From Campylobacterota bacterium (GTDB lineage: Bacteria > Campylobacterota > Campylobacteria > Campylobacterales > Sulfurimonadaceae), in NCBI GenBank assembly GCA_034661055.1, contig JAYEKO010000016.1:1-56960 (forward strand): a DNA stretch of 56,960 nt. The letters run 5' to 3'. The notes under the pieces are model-generated. The model saw only the letters and a program-made list of their open reading frames with translations. It was not told the DNA's origin and ran no database searches. The position numbers and the translations under genes are program-made. Positions 10,595 through 19,089 of this stretch are shown one piece after another (positions within the stretch are counted from its first letter, which is position 1; each line of letters opens with the position of its first letter).

Positions 10595-12126
10595 TATGAA
10601 GTCCTCTTAAACCCGTAACTAAAACGAGTCATATCATCATCTGATTCTAAGTTAATTGTAACATCTTCTTGATTACAGATTGAATGGACTAAACTTAAAC
10701 CTACTCCAAAACCACTTGATTCATGTAGCTCTTGATAAAAAGGATCAAAAATCCTTTTCACATCTTCAATTTTATATGACTTGCTAAAAATTTCAAAAAT
10801 AATTCTATCATCTCTGCCTTCTAAGTTTAAATATATGGTCTCATTTGGAATAGTATATTTAATAGCATTACCAATGTTATTATCAACTATGCGCTGGAGT
10901 TTTGTCTCATTAAAAACAATACTACTCTCATCTATTTTACATGTATATTTAAAGTTAAGATGTGAAAGACGGGCCACCTCTTTAAAAAACTCAATACGGC
11001 TTTTTATATATGATTTTAAATTGATTGTAAGTGAAGGGTACTGTACTTGGTCTCTTTTTACCATATAACTCAAATCATCATAAATAATAAAAATATTTTT
11101 AACAGCAGCATCAATTTTTGAGAGATACTTATTACTCCCTTCTTTTAAAGTAAAGAGGTCAATATTAGCCATAATAACACTCAGTGGCGTATTGGTTTCA
11201 TGTACTGCATGACGTAAAAACAGCCGTTGAGCGCTTAAGACATCTTGTGAAAACGCTTTCTCTTTCTCTAAAGCACTATTTTGTTCCTCCAACGCTAATG
11301 TTTTTACATGTACTTTGTCTTCAAGACTCAAATTAAGCTGTTCTAATGATGCCTTTTGATTATTGATTGTACGAACCATACTATTTGCTTGAGTAATCAT
11401 AAGATGAAACTCTTTAAAAAATGTCTTATCTGGATCCATATATTCTGAACTTTTAGCTGCTTTACCAAAGAAGCTTAAAAAACTGTTCACATCACGCTCT
11501 AGCATCGTAGCTACAATTTTATTAATACCAAGTATAAACCCAAAGAGAATAAAGGAAAGCGTTACAATCTCTAAAATAATTCGAACCAACCGACCTTTCA
11601 TCTCCTTAATCTGTATAGAAAAGAAAGTATCTGAAGAGTGTGTGTATAGTCCACTTATCACTATATAATCGTCAATCACTTTGGTACTAACTATGGCATC
11701 TCTAACTGAATCTGAAGTTTTTACATGTATATTATTTAAAACTTCACTCTCAAAATCAATATGTTTTAACTCTTCAAGATCAATAACCAAGGAGCCTTGT
11801 AAAAGCTCTAAGTCACTGTTATAGACCTGAATAAATCGTCGTCCTGTATCATTGAAAATTTCAGAAATATTCTTTAGAGCATCTTCAACGGTCACTAACG
11901 TGTGTTTCATATAATACTCAATTAGCTTATCGATACGGTGCGATACTTTCTTTATTTCATCATACTGACCTATAAGATATTTCTGCTCTTCTTTAATAAT
12001 ATTCTTCTCAAAACTACTATACTCTTCATGAATTAGCAGTGTTGAAAATAAGATTGTAAAAAGTAAAATGAAAAATATTGCAAGTGCATTGACCTGATAA
12101 AGACTAATATTTTTAAAATTATACAT
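10594..12126 (-). CDS. Membrane sensor histidine kinase
   Basis: Two TM helices, H-box HETNTPL, N-box DNNIGNAIKY, G-box GFGVGL. Confidence 0.92.
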   Translation of the reverse strand: MYNFKNISLYQVNALAIFFILLFTILFSTLLIHEEYSSFEKNIIKEEQKYLIGQYDEIKKVSHRIDKLIEYYMKHTLVTVEDALKNISEIFNDTGRRFIQVYNSDLELLQGSLVIDLEELKHIDFESEVLNNIHVKTSDSVRDAIVSTKVIDDYIVISGLYTHSSDTFFSIQIKEMKGRLVRIILEIVTLSFILFGFILGINKIVATMLERDVNSFLSFFGKAAKSSEYMDPDKTFFKEFHLMITQANSMVRTINNQKASLEQLNLSLEDKVHVKTLALEEQNSALEKEKAFSQDVLSAQRLFLRHAVHETNTPLSVIMANIDLFTLKEGSNKYLSKIDAAVKNIFIIYDDLSYMVKRDQVQYPSLTINLKSYIKSRIEFFKEVARLSHLNFKYTCKIDESSIVFNETKLQRIVDNNIGNAIKYTIPNETIYLNLEGRDDRIIFEIFSKSYKIEDVKRIFDPFYQELHESSGFGVGLSLVHSICNQEDVTINLESDDDMTRFSYGFKRTS

Positions 12127-12170
12127 TCTGCTATTATAGCTTTAATCCATCTTAGTGTACAATCTATTTT
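12127..12170. promoter_or_regulatory. Divergent back-to-back sigma70 -10 elements, probably leaderless transcripts
   Basis: Minus-strand gcTATAAT at 12138-12133 and plus-strand gtgTACAAT at 12158-12163, each 6-7 nt from an ATG. No SD motif. Confidence 0.55.
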
Positions 12171-12827
12171 ATGTATCATACCGTCACTGCCCAAGATCTT
12201 AAAACTGTTCCTCTTTTTAGTACACTTAGTACACAAGAATTAGAAGAACTCAGCACCATTGTTAAAGTAAAACATTTTAATAAAGGTGATATTCTTCACT
12301 ATGAAAAAGATAAACAGTCTAAAATATACTATCTTAAAGAGGGTCTAATTAAAGTTTACAAGACCGATAGATTTGATAATGAAATCTTTATGTACAATCT
12401 GTTTAATGAAACACTGATCTCCGAGATTACCGATTTTGAAAATATTGGCTGTTTTGCCAACGCAGAGTTTGTAGTCGATAGTAAAATCTTAATTGTTGAC
12501 TTTGACGGCTTTAAATTAATCTATGAAAATAATCCAATTCTCATGATGGAACTTTTAAAAGAGTTCGCAAAAAAAAGTAAGATGATGCAGTGTATTATTA
12601 ACCGAGAAATTGTCTTTGATGGCACAGCTAAAGTCGCTTTTATGCTCATTAACGATTTACAGACCTTTAATCAGCTAAAAAAAACTGAAATAGCTTATAT
12701 GCTAAACATTCAACCAGAAACACTCTCACGAATATTAAAAAAATTAACCCGTAATAAAATGATTACCTCAACCAGAGGTAAGATTGCAGTCAATAATAAT
12801 GAAGCGCTAAGAGCCATTTTTGAGTAA
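12171..12827 (+). CDS. Crp/Fnr-family transcriptional regulator (Nss/Dnr-like)
   Basis: cNMP-type effector domain (EGLIKVYK) and HTH IAYMLNIQPETLSRILKKL. No N-terminal FNR Cys cluster. Confidence 0.92.
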   Translation: MYHTVTAQDLKTVPLFSTLSTQELEELSTIVKVKHFNKGDILHYEKDKQSKIYYLKEGLIKVYKTDRFDNEIFMYNLFNETLISEITDFENIGCFANAEFVVDSKILIVDFDGFKLIYENNPILMMELLKEFAKKSKMMQCIINREIVFDGTAKVAFMLINDLQTFNQLKKTEIAYMLNIQPETLSRILKKLTRNKMITSTRGKIAVNNNEALRAIFE

Positions 12828-12837
12828 GGGATAGACA

Positions 12838-14196
12838 ATGAATAAGATTACATCACAAATTAAATTTATAGGCGGAATCCTCTCTTTAATGATTGCTTCT
12901 ATTGTTGCTATAACAGTCTATATCAACCATGCATCAAAACGGGACTCAATTGTCATTAATGTCTCTGGAAAACAGAGAATGTTGACACAAAAGATTACAA
13001 AAGAGGCGTTTTGGTTACAAAATAAAATGTCTACAGATTTTTCAACACTCGATAAAGCAAGATCTGAATTTGAGTATTCATTAAATGATCTGCAAAATGG
13101 AAATAGTGAACGTGGAATCTATGCCCCGCCAAAGCCATGTATTGCAGACCGACTAGATCAGGTCAATCAGTTATGGCAAAAATTTGACGGTTATCTGAAT
13201 GAGTTTAAGCTACTTTTAGCAGAGACGAACGAGCTAAAGTCTATAATGCATAAAAGCAATAGTGATATTTTAAATATCTCTGATGATGTTGTAAAGCTAA
13301 TGGTTAAAAATAATCTAGTTGGCAGACTCATAGATGATGCTGGTCGTCAACGTATGCTAACACAAAAAATTGCATTTTACTCTTCTCAATATTTAGTAAC
13401 TGGAGAAATTAGGTTTATTGATGAATTCTTTAAAGCCTATGGTCTCTACGCTTCTACATTGGAAATTTTTTTAAAAGACAACACTATTATTCAGTCTGCA
13501 TCACTCAAAGCAGTTTTACAGAAAAATAGACAGATGTGGAATGAGTATGCGAAATACAATATGGAACTTATGAATAAGCAGAAAAAATTAAATCAGATTC
13601 TACTACAAATCAAAGATATAAATATTGTAACACTCAACATTATGGATAGTGCGGTAGATGCGTACAGTAAGTATTCTGAAGATCAACGTCAACTACTGCA
13701 ATACTTTCAGTATGCAGCCACACTATTTGCACTCCTGTTTATGCTTTACTCTGCACGATTAACTCATAATATTGAAGTTAACTTCAGTGACTTTTTAAAG
13801 CATTCTGAAGCGCTAGCAATCTCTTTAGAAGACAAAGAGACTATAGCTTCCTATAAAGATGAATGTCCCTCAACTCATAATGATGAGCTCACTATTGCAT
13901 CAATGCATATGAGCCACTTTGTTGACAAGATGAATACCGTCATTGAACACGCACAACAAGCTATTAATGAGTCAGAAAATGCAGCTAGGGAGCTCGAAGC
14001 AGTAAGTGAACAGATAGATGAAAAACTCGATGATCTAGAACTTGATGAAGAAGCTAAAAAAGATATTGATGAGACCATTGATACAAGTGAAGATATTGTA
14101 ATTCAGACGCTTGAAGAGCTATCAAACACTTCAAAGCTACTTAACCAACTTCAAAGTAATTTAAATAGTGTTGTGAATAAGACTCAGAGTAAGTAA
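12838..14196 (+). CDS. Membrane protein with two PilJ/NarX-like nitrate-sensor domains and an acidic coiled-coil tail
   Basis: P-box-like motifs INVSGKQRMLTQKI and IDDAGRQRMLTQKI between two TM helices. No kinase or MCP signature. Confidence 0.8.
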   Translation: MNKITSQIKFIGGILSLMIASIVAITVYINHASKRDSIVINVSGKQRMLTQKITKEAFWLQNKMSTDFSTLDKARSEFEYSLNDLQNGNSERGIYAPPKPCIADRLDQVNQLWQKFDGYLNEFKLLLAETNELKSIMHKSNSDILNISDDVVKLMVKNNLVGRLIDDAGRQRMLTQKIAFYSSQYLVTGEIRFIDEFFKAYGLYASTLEIFLKDNTIIQSASLKAVLQKNRQMWNEYAKYNMELMNKQKKLNQILLQIKDINIVTLNIMDSAVDAYSKYSEDQRQLLQYFQYAATLFALLFMLYSARLTHNIEVNFSDFLKHSEALAISLEDKETIASYKDECPSTHNDELTIASMHMSHFVDKMNTVIEHAQQAINESENAARELEAVSEQIDEKLDDLELDEEAKKDIDETIDTSEDIVIQTLEELSNTSKLLNQLQSNLNSVVNKTQSK

Positions 14197-14210
14197 AGAG
14201 CACCTCTAAA

Positions 14211-14654
14211 TTACATGTAATTTACGACCCTACGCTTTTCGCCACCCTCTTCACGAATTTTATCATAGAGTTTTTGGTGCTTTAGCTTATCTTCATGACT
14301 AATAGGAGTGCGGATTGATTTATATTCGACCAACTCTTCACCTTTATAAACGCCACTCACTTCGGCAAACACCCAATAAAAACCGGTGTCTGCTCTCATA
14401 TTTTTAACAAAACCACTCCACTTTTTTCCTGATACTAAAGTTTCCCACATCTCTTTAAATACAGAAGATGGCATATCAGGGTGACGAATGATGTTATGTG
14501 GCTTTCCAATTAAGTCATTGATGGTATAACCACTTATTTCAGCAAAGGTATCATTAACATAAGTAATGACTCCTTTTAGATCTGTACGAGAGATAATCAG
14601 TTCATCTTCTGGTACTTCTGTTTCAACCAAGAATTCCGATCTATTGTACTCCAT
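14211..14654 (-). CDS. Stand-alone Aer/CetB-type PAS-domain protein
   Basis: Motifs ISRTDLKGVITYVN, GKPHNIIRHPDMP and VKN...FYWV. Confidence 0.9.
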   Translation of the reverse strand: MEYNRSEFLVETEVPEDELIISRTDLKGVITYVNDTFAEISGYTINDLIGKPHNIIRHPDMPSSVFKEMWETLVSGKKWSGFVKNMRADTGFYWVFAEVSGVYKGEELVEYKSIRTPISHEDKLKHQKLYDKIREEGGEKRRVVNYM

Positions 14655-14655
14655 T

Positions 14656-15042
14656 TTACTCTCCTTTATCTAACTGCTTAGCAAAGTCTTCTAAGTTCAT
14701 TTTCTGCTTTAAATCACCATTATATATAATGTCTGAAGGTTGAAGATCATCATCATTTAACATTTTTGGAACAGCATCTGCACTGTTAATAACATCAATG
14801 TTTTTCTCTAACTCTTCTTCTGAATATGCCATCTGCATATCTGCGGCAATCACATGAGGAATAGCTTCTATAACACGAAGTTTTTTTAACTCTTCGTCAA
14901 CACTTTCACCTTCAATGGTAATAATAATTCTACCCTTAGCATCATGAAGATGATAATCACACACCTCACACGCTTTAATATCACGTAAAACTTCCTCTAA
15001 AAACTTTGGTGTTGTCTGTACTACTATACTTGAAATATTCAT
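14656..15042 (-). CDS. napD: Nitrate reductase chaperone NapD
   Basis: MNISSIVV and KGRIIITIEG motifs; position in the nap operon. Confidence 0.9.
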   Translation of the reverse strand: MNISSIVVQTTPKFLEEVLRDIKACEVCDYHLHDAKGRIIITIEGESVDEELKKLRVIEAIPHVIAADMQMAYSEEELEKNIDVINSADAVPKMLNDDDLQPSDIIYNGDLKQKMNLEDFAKQLDKGE

Positions 15043-15052
15043 TCATTTACTC

Positions 15053-16003
15053 CTATTTTAATGTCCAAAAATTAATGGTTTGACTGTCACTACTTGCTAC
15101 AATATGACTCTTATCTAAAAAAATAATCTGGGTCATGGTAGAGTCTTGACCTCTTAAGTTATAACGCTTTTTCTTATTCTGTGTCTCATAAACTAAAATA
15201 TCATTCTCTTCATTATAAGCTACTGCCGAAAAAAAAGCATCAGGACTTAGCGCACAGCTGTAAAGAAGGAAATGAAACTCAATATAAGAGGCACTTCCAT
15301 CTGCATTATAAGTTGCTGAACGTCGATCTTGTCCAGCAGTAAGAACAACTCCTTTTTTATAATCGAGCTGATACACCTTATCTACATTTTGACCTTCTAA
15401 AACACGTTTTACTTCACCACTTAATGTGTCAATAATTCGTACAATACCACTCTCATCTGTAGTGGCATAACTCATTTTATCTTCACTAAGCATAAACTCA
15501 GCGAATGATGAAGCACTCACCTGATTTTTATAAATTACTTTAGAGGTGCTAATATCGTACAAAATAAGTTCATTAGTAAGCAGTGCTATTAAGACCTTAT
15601 TATCATTAACATACATCGCTTTACGCATAAACCACTTTTGTGATACATCAATAATTTTTTTAACCTTTCCATTATCGTCTAACCAGAGGTTACGATAGCC
15701 TTTTTTACCTTCTGAAACAAAAATAATTTTGTTATTTAGCATATCTACCGAATAGATTTTAGAAGGCATTAGGTCCCCCATAAAGTCCTTTAAATACGGA
15801 ATCTCAATACGACGTGTTAACGCTTTAGTTTTAAGATTATAAATTTCTACAGCACTGTTGCTGGTAGCCACATAGAGTGAACCATCTTTTTGAACAAGTG
15901 CTTGAACATCTCCACTGGCTTTAATAGTAACTTCAGGTTGTACATTTTGTAATGCTAGAAGATTGCTTAGCATTAAAAGTGATGCTAAAAATACCTTTAT
16001 CAT
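15053..16003 (-). CDS. napL: Periplasmic WD40/beta-propeller NapL
   Basis: Signal peptide, WD-like repeats (SSDSQTINFW), position before napD. Confidence 0.85.
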   Translation of the reverse strand: MIKVFLASLLMLSNLLALQNVQPEVTIKASGDVQALVQKDGSLYVATSNSAVEIYNLKTKALTRRIEIPYLKDFMGDLMPSKIYSVDMLNNKIIFVSEGKKGYRNLWLDDNGKVKKIIDVSQKWFMRKAMYVNDNKVLIALLTNELILYDISTSKVIYKNQVSASSFAEFMLSEDKMSYATTDESGIVRIIDTLSGEVKRVLEGQNVDKVYQLDYKKGVVLTAGQDRRSATYNADGSASYIEFHFLLYSCALSPDAFFSAVAYNEENDILVYETQNKKKRYNLRGQDSTMTQIIFLDKSHIVASSDSQTINFWTLK

Positions 16004-16266
16004 TTTGTCTCGATTCCCATCTCTTCTTTGTGAGCATGCATAGCAAGTTCTACTTCATGGAAATGTTCAGCACTGACATTAGGGTCTTTACTCCACTGAA
16101 CTTCAATATCTCCGCCATAATCATCACCCATCAGCTCAATATTTTTTTCAAACTCTGCCATATCTTGACAGAACATTTCACGACCATCTACCGTGTCAGT
16201 AAGACGAATCCACCAACCGCCAATTCCGTTTGACTCAATATTTGATTTAATGACAACTTTACTCAT
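16000..16266 (-). CDS. Small acidic hypothetical protein inside the nap operon
   Basis: 88-aa ORF overlapping the napF stop and the napL start, with a GAGG RBS. Confidence 0.75.
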   Translation of the reverse strand: MSKVVIKSNIESNGIGGWWIRLTDTVDGREMFCQDMAEFEKNIELMGDDYGGDIEVQWSKDPNVSAEHFHEVELAMHAHKEEMGIETK

Positions 16267-16756
16267 ATTTTTCTACCTCTATTTTTTGAAAGTTTATTGC
16301 ATCTGTTGGGCATACTTTAACACAAAAACCACATGATGTACATTTACTCATATCAATTTGGGGACGAAATACCCCATCAAATATAATGGCATCATCCAAA
16401 CATGGGTCCTTACATGAAAAGCACATGGTATTATGCCAACTCATACATTTCACAACATTAATCTCAAACATAGCATGAATGTCAGATCTGTAATCTACAT
16501 GTAAAACACCTGGCTCACAAGCTATAGCACACTCATCACAGTAGGTACATCCACTCTGTTGAAAAACCAAATAGGGCGTTTTATCTTCAGCAATCTCAAT
16601 AATTTGCTCTTCACAAACAGTGGCACACATGCTATCACATTGGTGACACTCTTTGTCAAAAGCAGATTCATCTTGAAAATAAGAGGGACGAATTAGTGCT
16701 TCTTGCTTTGGCTTAAACGCCGAAGCAAGAGAACCAAAAAGTTCTCTTCTCTTCAT
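16259..16756 (-). CDS. napF: Ferredoxin-type protein NapF
   Basis: MKRRELF N-terminus and several CxxCxxCxxxC motifs. Confidence 0.9.
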   Translation of the reverse strand: MKRRELFGSLASAFKPKQEALIRPSYFQDESAFDKECHQCDSMCATVCEEQIIEIAEDKTPYLVFQQSGCTYCDECAIACEPGVLHVDYRSDIHAMFEINVVKCMSWHNTMCFSCKDPCLDDAIIFDGVFRPQIDMSKCTSCGFCVKVCPTDAINFQKIEVEKYE

Positions 16757-17395
16757 TTAGTCTTTAAGTGTATCTAGACCATCAGTAAGACTAGTACCAC
16801 TCCAACTAGATTTTGTAGCACCATCTTTATCAGTGTACTGTGCTTCAAAAGTATTCTCAACCACTAAGTCTCCTGTTGACTGTGGCGCATGACACTGTGA
16901 ACAGTTAAAACGTGCGCCAACAAGTTTTTGCTCTTTCTTTATTGAAACATCAGCCATATCCGCACTAGAAGTATTCTTACCAGATACTGCCATTGACGTA
17001 GGTCTAAAATTCATAAAGTGTGAACTTGGAATTGATGTAGCTCCCATTGAAGAAGCGACATCAGGCAAGTGACATCCTGTACATGCATTGTTGCTAATTG
17101 TAATTGGCAACATCCCCTCAACACTGTGAGAAATCATTGGTGGTGCATCTTGAAACGCTCTTTTCATCATTTTAGATGTACCTGCTGTAGCAGTATTAAG
17201 AGCTGTTTTATCACCAACTGTATCTGCTTTTTCAGAGTAAAGGTCAGTTTTTCTAAGTCCTAAAGACTCTTCTGTAACAAAATCTCCACTTACTGATTTT
17301 TGAGCTGCCGGAGCAGCACTGCTAGCTTCATTACACCCAGTTAACATTAAAATTGCTGTCATTAATGCAATACTTAATTGTTTTTCAAATTTCAT
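16757..17395 (-). CDS. napB: Diheme cytochrome c NapB
   Basis: Heme motifs CTGCH and CSQCH, APPMISH, lipobox LTGC. Confidence 0.93.
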   Translation of the reverse strand: MKFEKQLSIALMTAILMLTGCNEASSAAPAAQKSVSGDFVTEESLGLRKTDLYSEKADTVGDKTALNTATAGTSKMMKRAFQDAPPMISHSVEGMLPITISNNACTGCHLPDVASSMGATSIPSSHFMNFRPTSMAVSGKNTSSADMADVSIKKEQKLVGARFNCSQCHAPQSTGDLVVENTFEAQYTDKDGATKSSWSGTSLTDGLDTLKD

Positions 17396-17426
17396 TTTCT
17401 CTCCTATAGTTATTTTCTCAACTAGC

Positions 17427-18248
17427 TTATGACTTTGAATCGCTAATGAATTTCTTAATCGAAAATTCTAAAGCATCATCATCACAAACTTCTACACATC
17501 GTCCACAGTTTGTACATTCACCTGAAAGAACAGGAATACTATCCTTGCCAATCATATAGAGCACCTGAGATTCAGGACAGACCACTTTACACTTCATACA
17601 AAGTGTACAGTGCGACTCATCATGATGGACACGAACCAAACTGTATTTTCCAACAAGTGCATAAAATCCACCGATTGGACAAATATGACCACACCAGCCA
17701 TTTTTTAAAACAAACAGATCAAATAAAAAGATAACGAGCATTGCTGCCCATCCAAAACCAATACCAAAAATAATACCACGATGCACCATGGCAACAGGCG
17801 AAATAAATTCAAACGCTGTCACACCAAATGCAAATGATATAATAAGACTCAGTCCTATAACCCAGTAGCGAATATTGCGTGAAGCAGGCTGTTTTTTCTG
17901 CTCTTTATCAAAGTTAAACGTGCGTCGTAAATAGTTTGCCAAGTCAGTAATCATATTTACCGGACAGACCCAACTACAAAATACACGTCCACCTACAATA
18001 AAGTAGAAAATCACAATAATAGCAGCACCTAAAAGTAAGTTACCTATCATTGCTGCACCTGCTGCAAACATCTGAAGTGCCGCATACGGATCACTAAGAG
18101 GAATCAGACCTAAAATTGATGATGAACTTAAGTTCCCCGTCAATATAGTCCAGCCCCAATAGTTACCTGCCATGTAAAGTAGCAACAGTGAAATCTGAAC
18201 AACACGTCTTAAAATTAAGAATCGGTACTTATCATATAAATTTTTCAT
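17427..18248 (-). CDS. napH: Quinol dehydrogenase membrane subunit NapH
   Basis: GRVFCSWVCP, WCGHICP and two 4Fe-4S motifs. Confidence 0.95.
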   Translation of the reverse strand: MKNLYDKYRFLILRRVVQISLLLLYMAGNYWGWTILTGNLSSSSILGLIPLSDPYAALQMFAAGAAMIGNLLLGAAIIVIFYFIVGGRVFCSWVCPVNMITDLANYLRRTFNFDKEQKKQPASRNIRYWVIGLSLIISFAFGVTAFEFISPVAMVHRGIIFGIGFGWAAMLVIFLFDLFVLKNGWCGHICPIGGFYALVGKYSLVRVHHDESHCTLCMKCKVVCPESQVLYMIGKDSIPVLSGECTNCGRCVEVCDDDALEFSIKKFISDSKS

Positions 18249-19069
18249 TAATATAAGTCCCCCGCATCATTTAAAAAATCTACTGCATCGCGATTACTTC
18301 GCTCAGTAACTGTTGTCTCTGCTGTTGCATTTTCAAGACGTTTCTCATCAGCTTTATCCCAACCTTTAATGTAGTAATCTCCTGCTTTTCCAAGAGCCAC
18401 TTCACGAGGCAGAACAAATATTGCCGCTTTTTCTGTTACACATGCACGTTCACACAGACCACAGCCTGTGCATGCATCACTGTGGACAATAGGTTTCATA
18501 AAGGCGTGTTTACCAGTACGAGAATTTTTCTCATACTCAATAGTAATTGCCACATCAAGTAGCGGACAAGCACGGTAACAAGCATCACATTGAATACCCC
18601 AAAAAGCAATACAGCTCTCATCATCAACAACTGCAAGTCCCATATCTGCTATATTAATGTCTAATTCACCTTTGTCATTACTAACACTTGCAATATCGAG
18701 TGCTCCCGTAGGACATACAGGAACACATGGAATGTCTGGACACATATAACATGGTATATCTCTAGGAACAAAATATGGAGTTCCTAGTGGTTTTTGATCA
18801 CCTGGTTTTGCTAGCATCAATGTATCAAATGGGCACGCTTCTACACACATACCACATTTAATACACGTTTTAAGAAAATCTACCTCAGCTAAGGCACCTG
18901 GAGGTCGTAACAACAGTTCTGAAGCCGTAACCTCATCAACATATGCACTCCATACCAGTCCACCCATTGCAGCAAGCCCTACGGCTCGTGCTGCATTTAG
19001 TAAAAAACTTCTTCTGCTAACTTTATCTTTTTTCATTTCTCTTTCTTTATCAGGAAGCCTATTGCTCAA
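18248..19069 (-). CDS. napG: Ferredoxin-type protein NapG
   Basis: Tat motif SRRSFL, LRPPGA, four Fe-S motifs. The start may be TTG 19069 or ATG 19036. Confidence 0.95.
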   Translation of the reverse strand: MSNRLPDKEREMKKDKVSRRSFLLNAARAVGLAAMGGLVWSAYVDEVTASELLLRPPGALAEVDFLKTCIKCGMCVEACPFDTLMLAKPGDQKPLGTPYFVPRDIPCYMCPDIPCVPVCPTGALDIASVSNDKGELDINIADMGLAVVDDESCIAFWGIQCDACYRACPLLDVAITIEYEKNSRTGKHAFMKPIVHSDACTGCGLCERACVTEKAAIFVLPREVALGKAGDYYIKGWDKADEKRLENATAETTVTERSNRDAVDFLNDAGDLY

Positions 19070-19089
19070 GACAATATTCTCCTTTTTTT

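Noticed and set aside
16757..17395. Lipobox on NapB as a novelty
   Set aside because: Lipoprotein-type NapB signal peptides are already seen in Campylobacterota.
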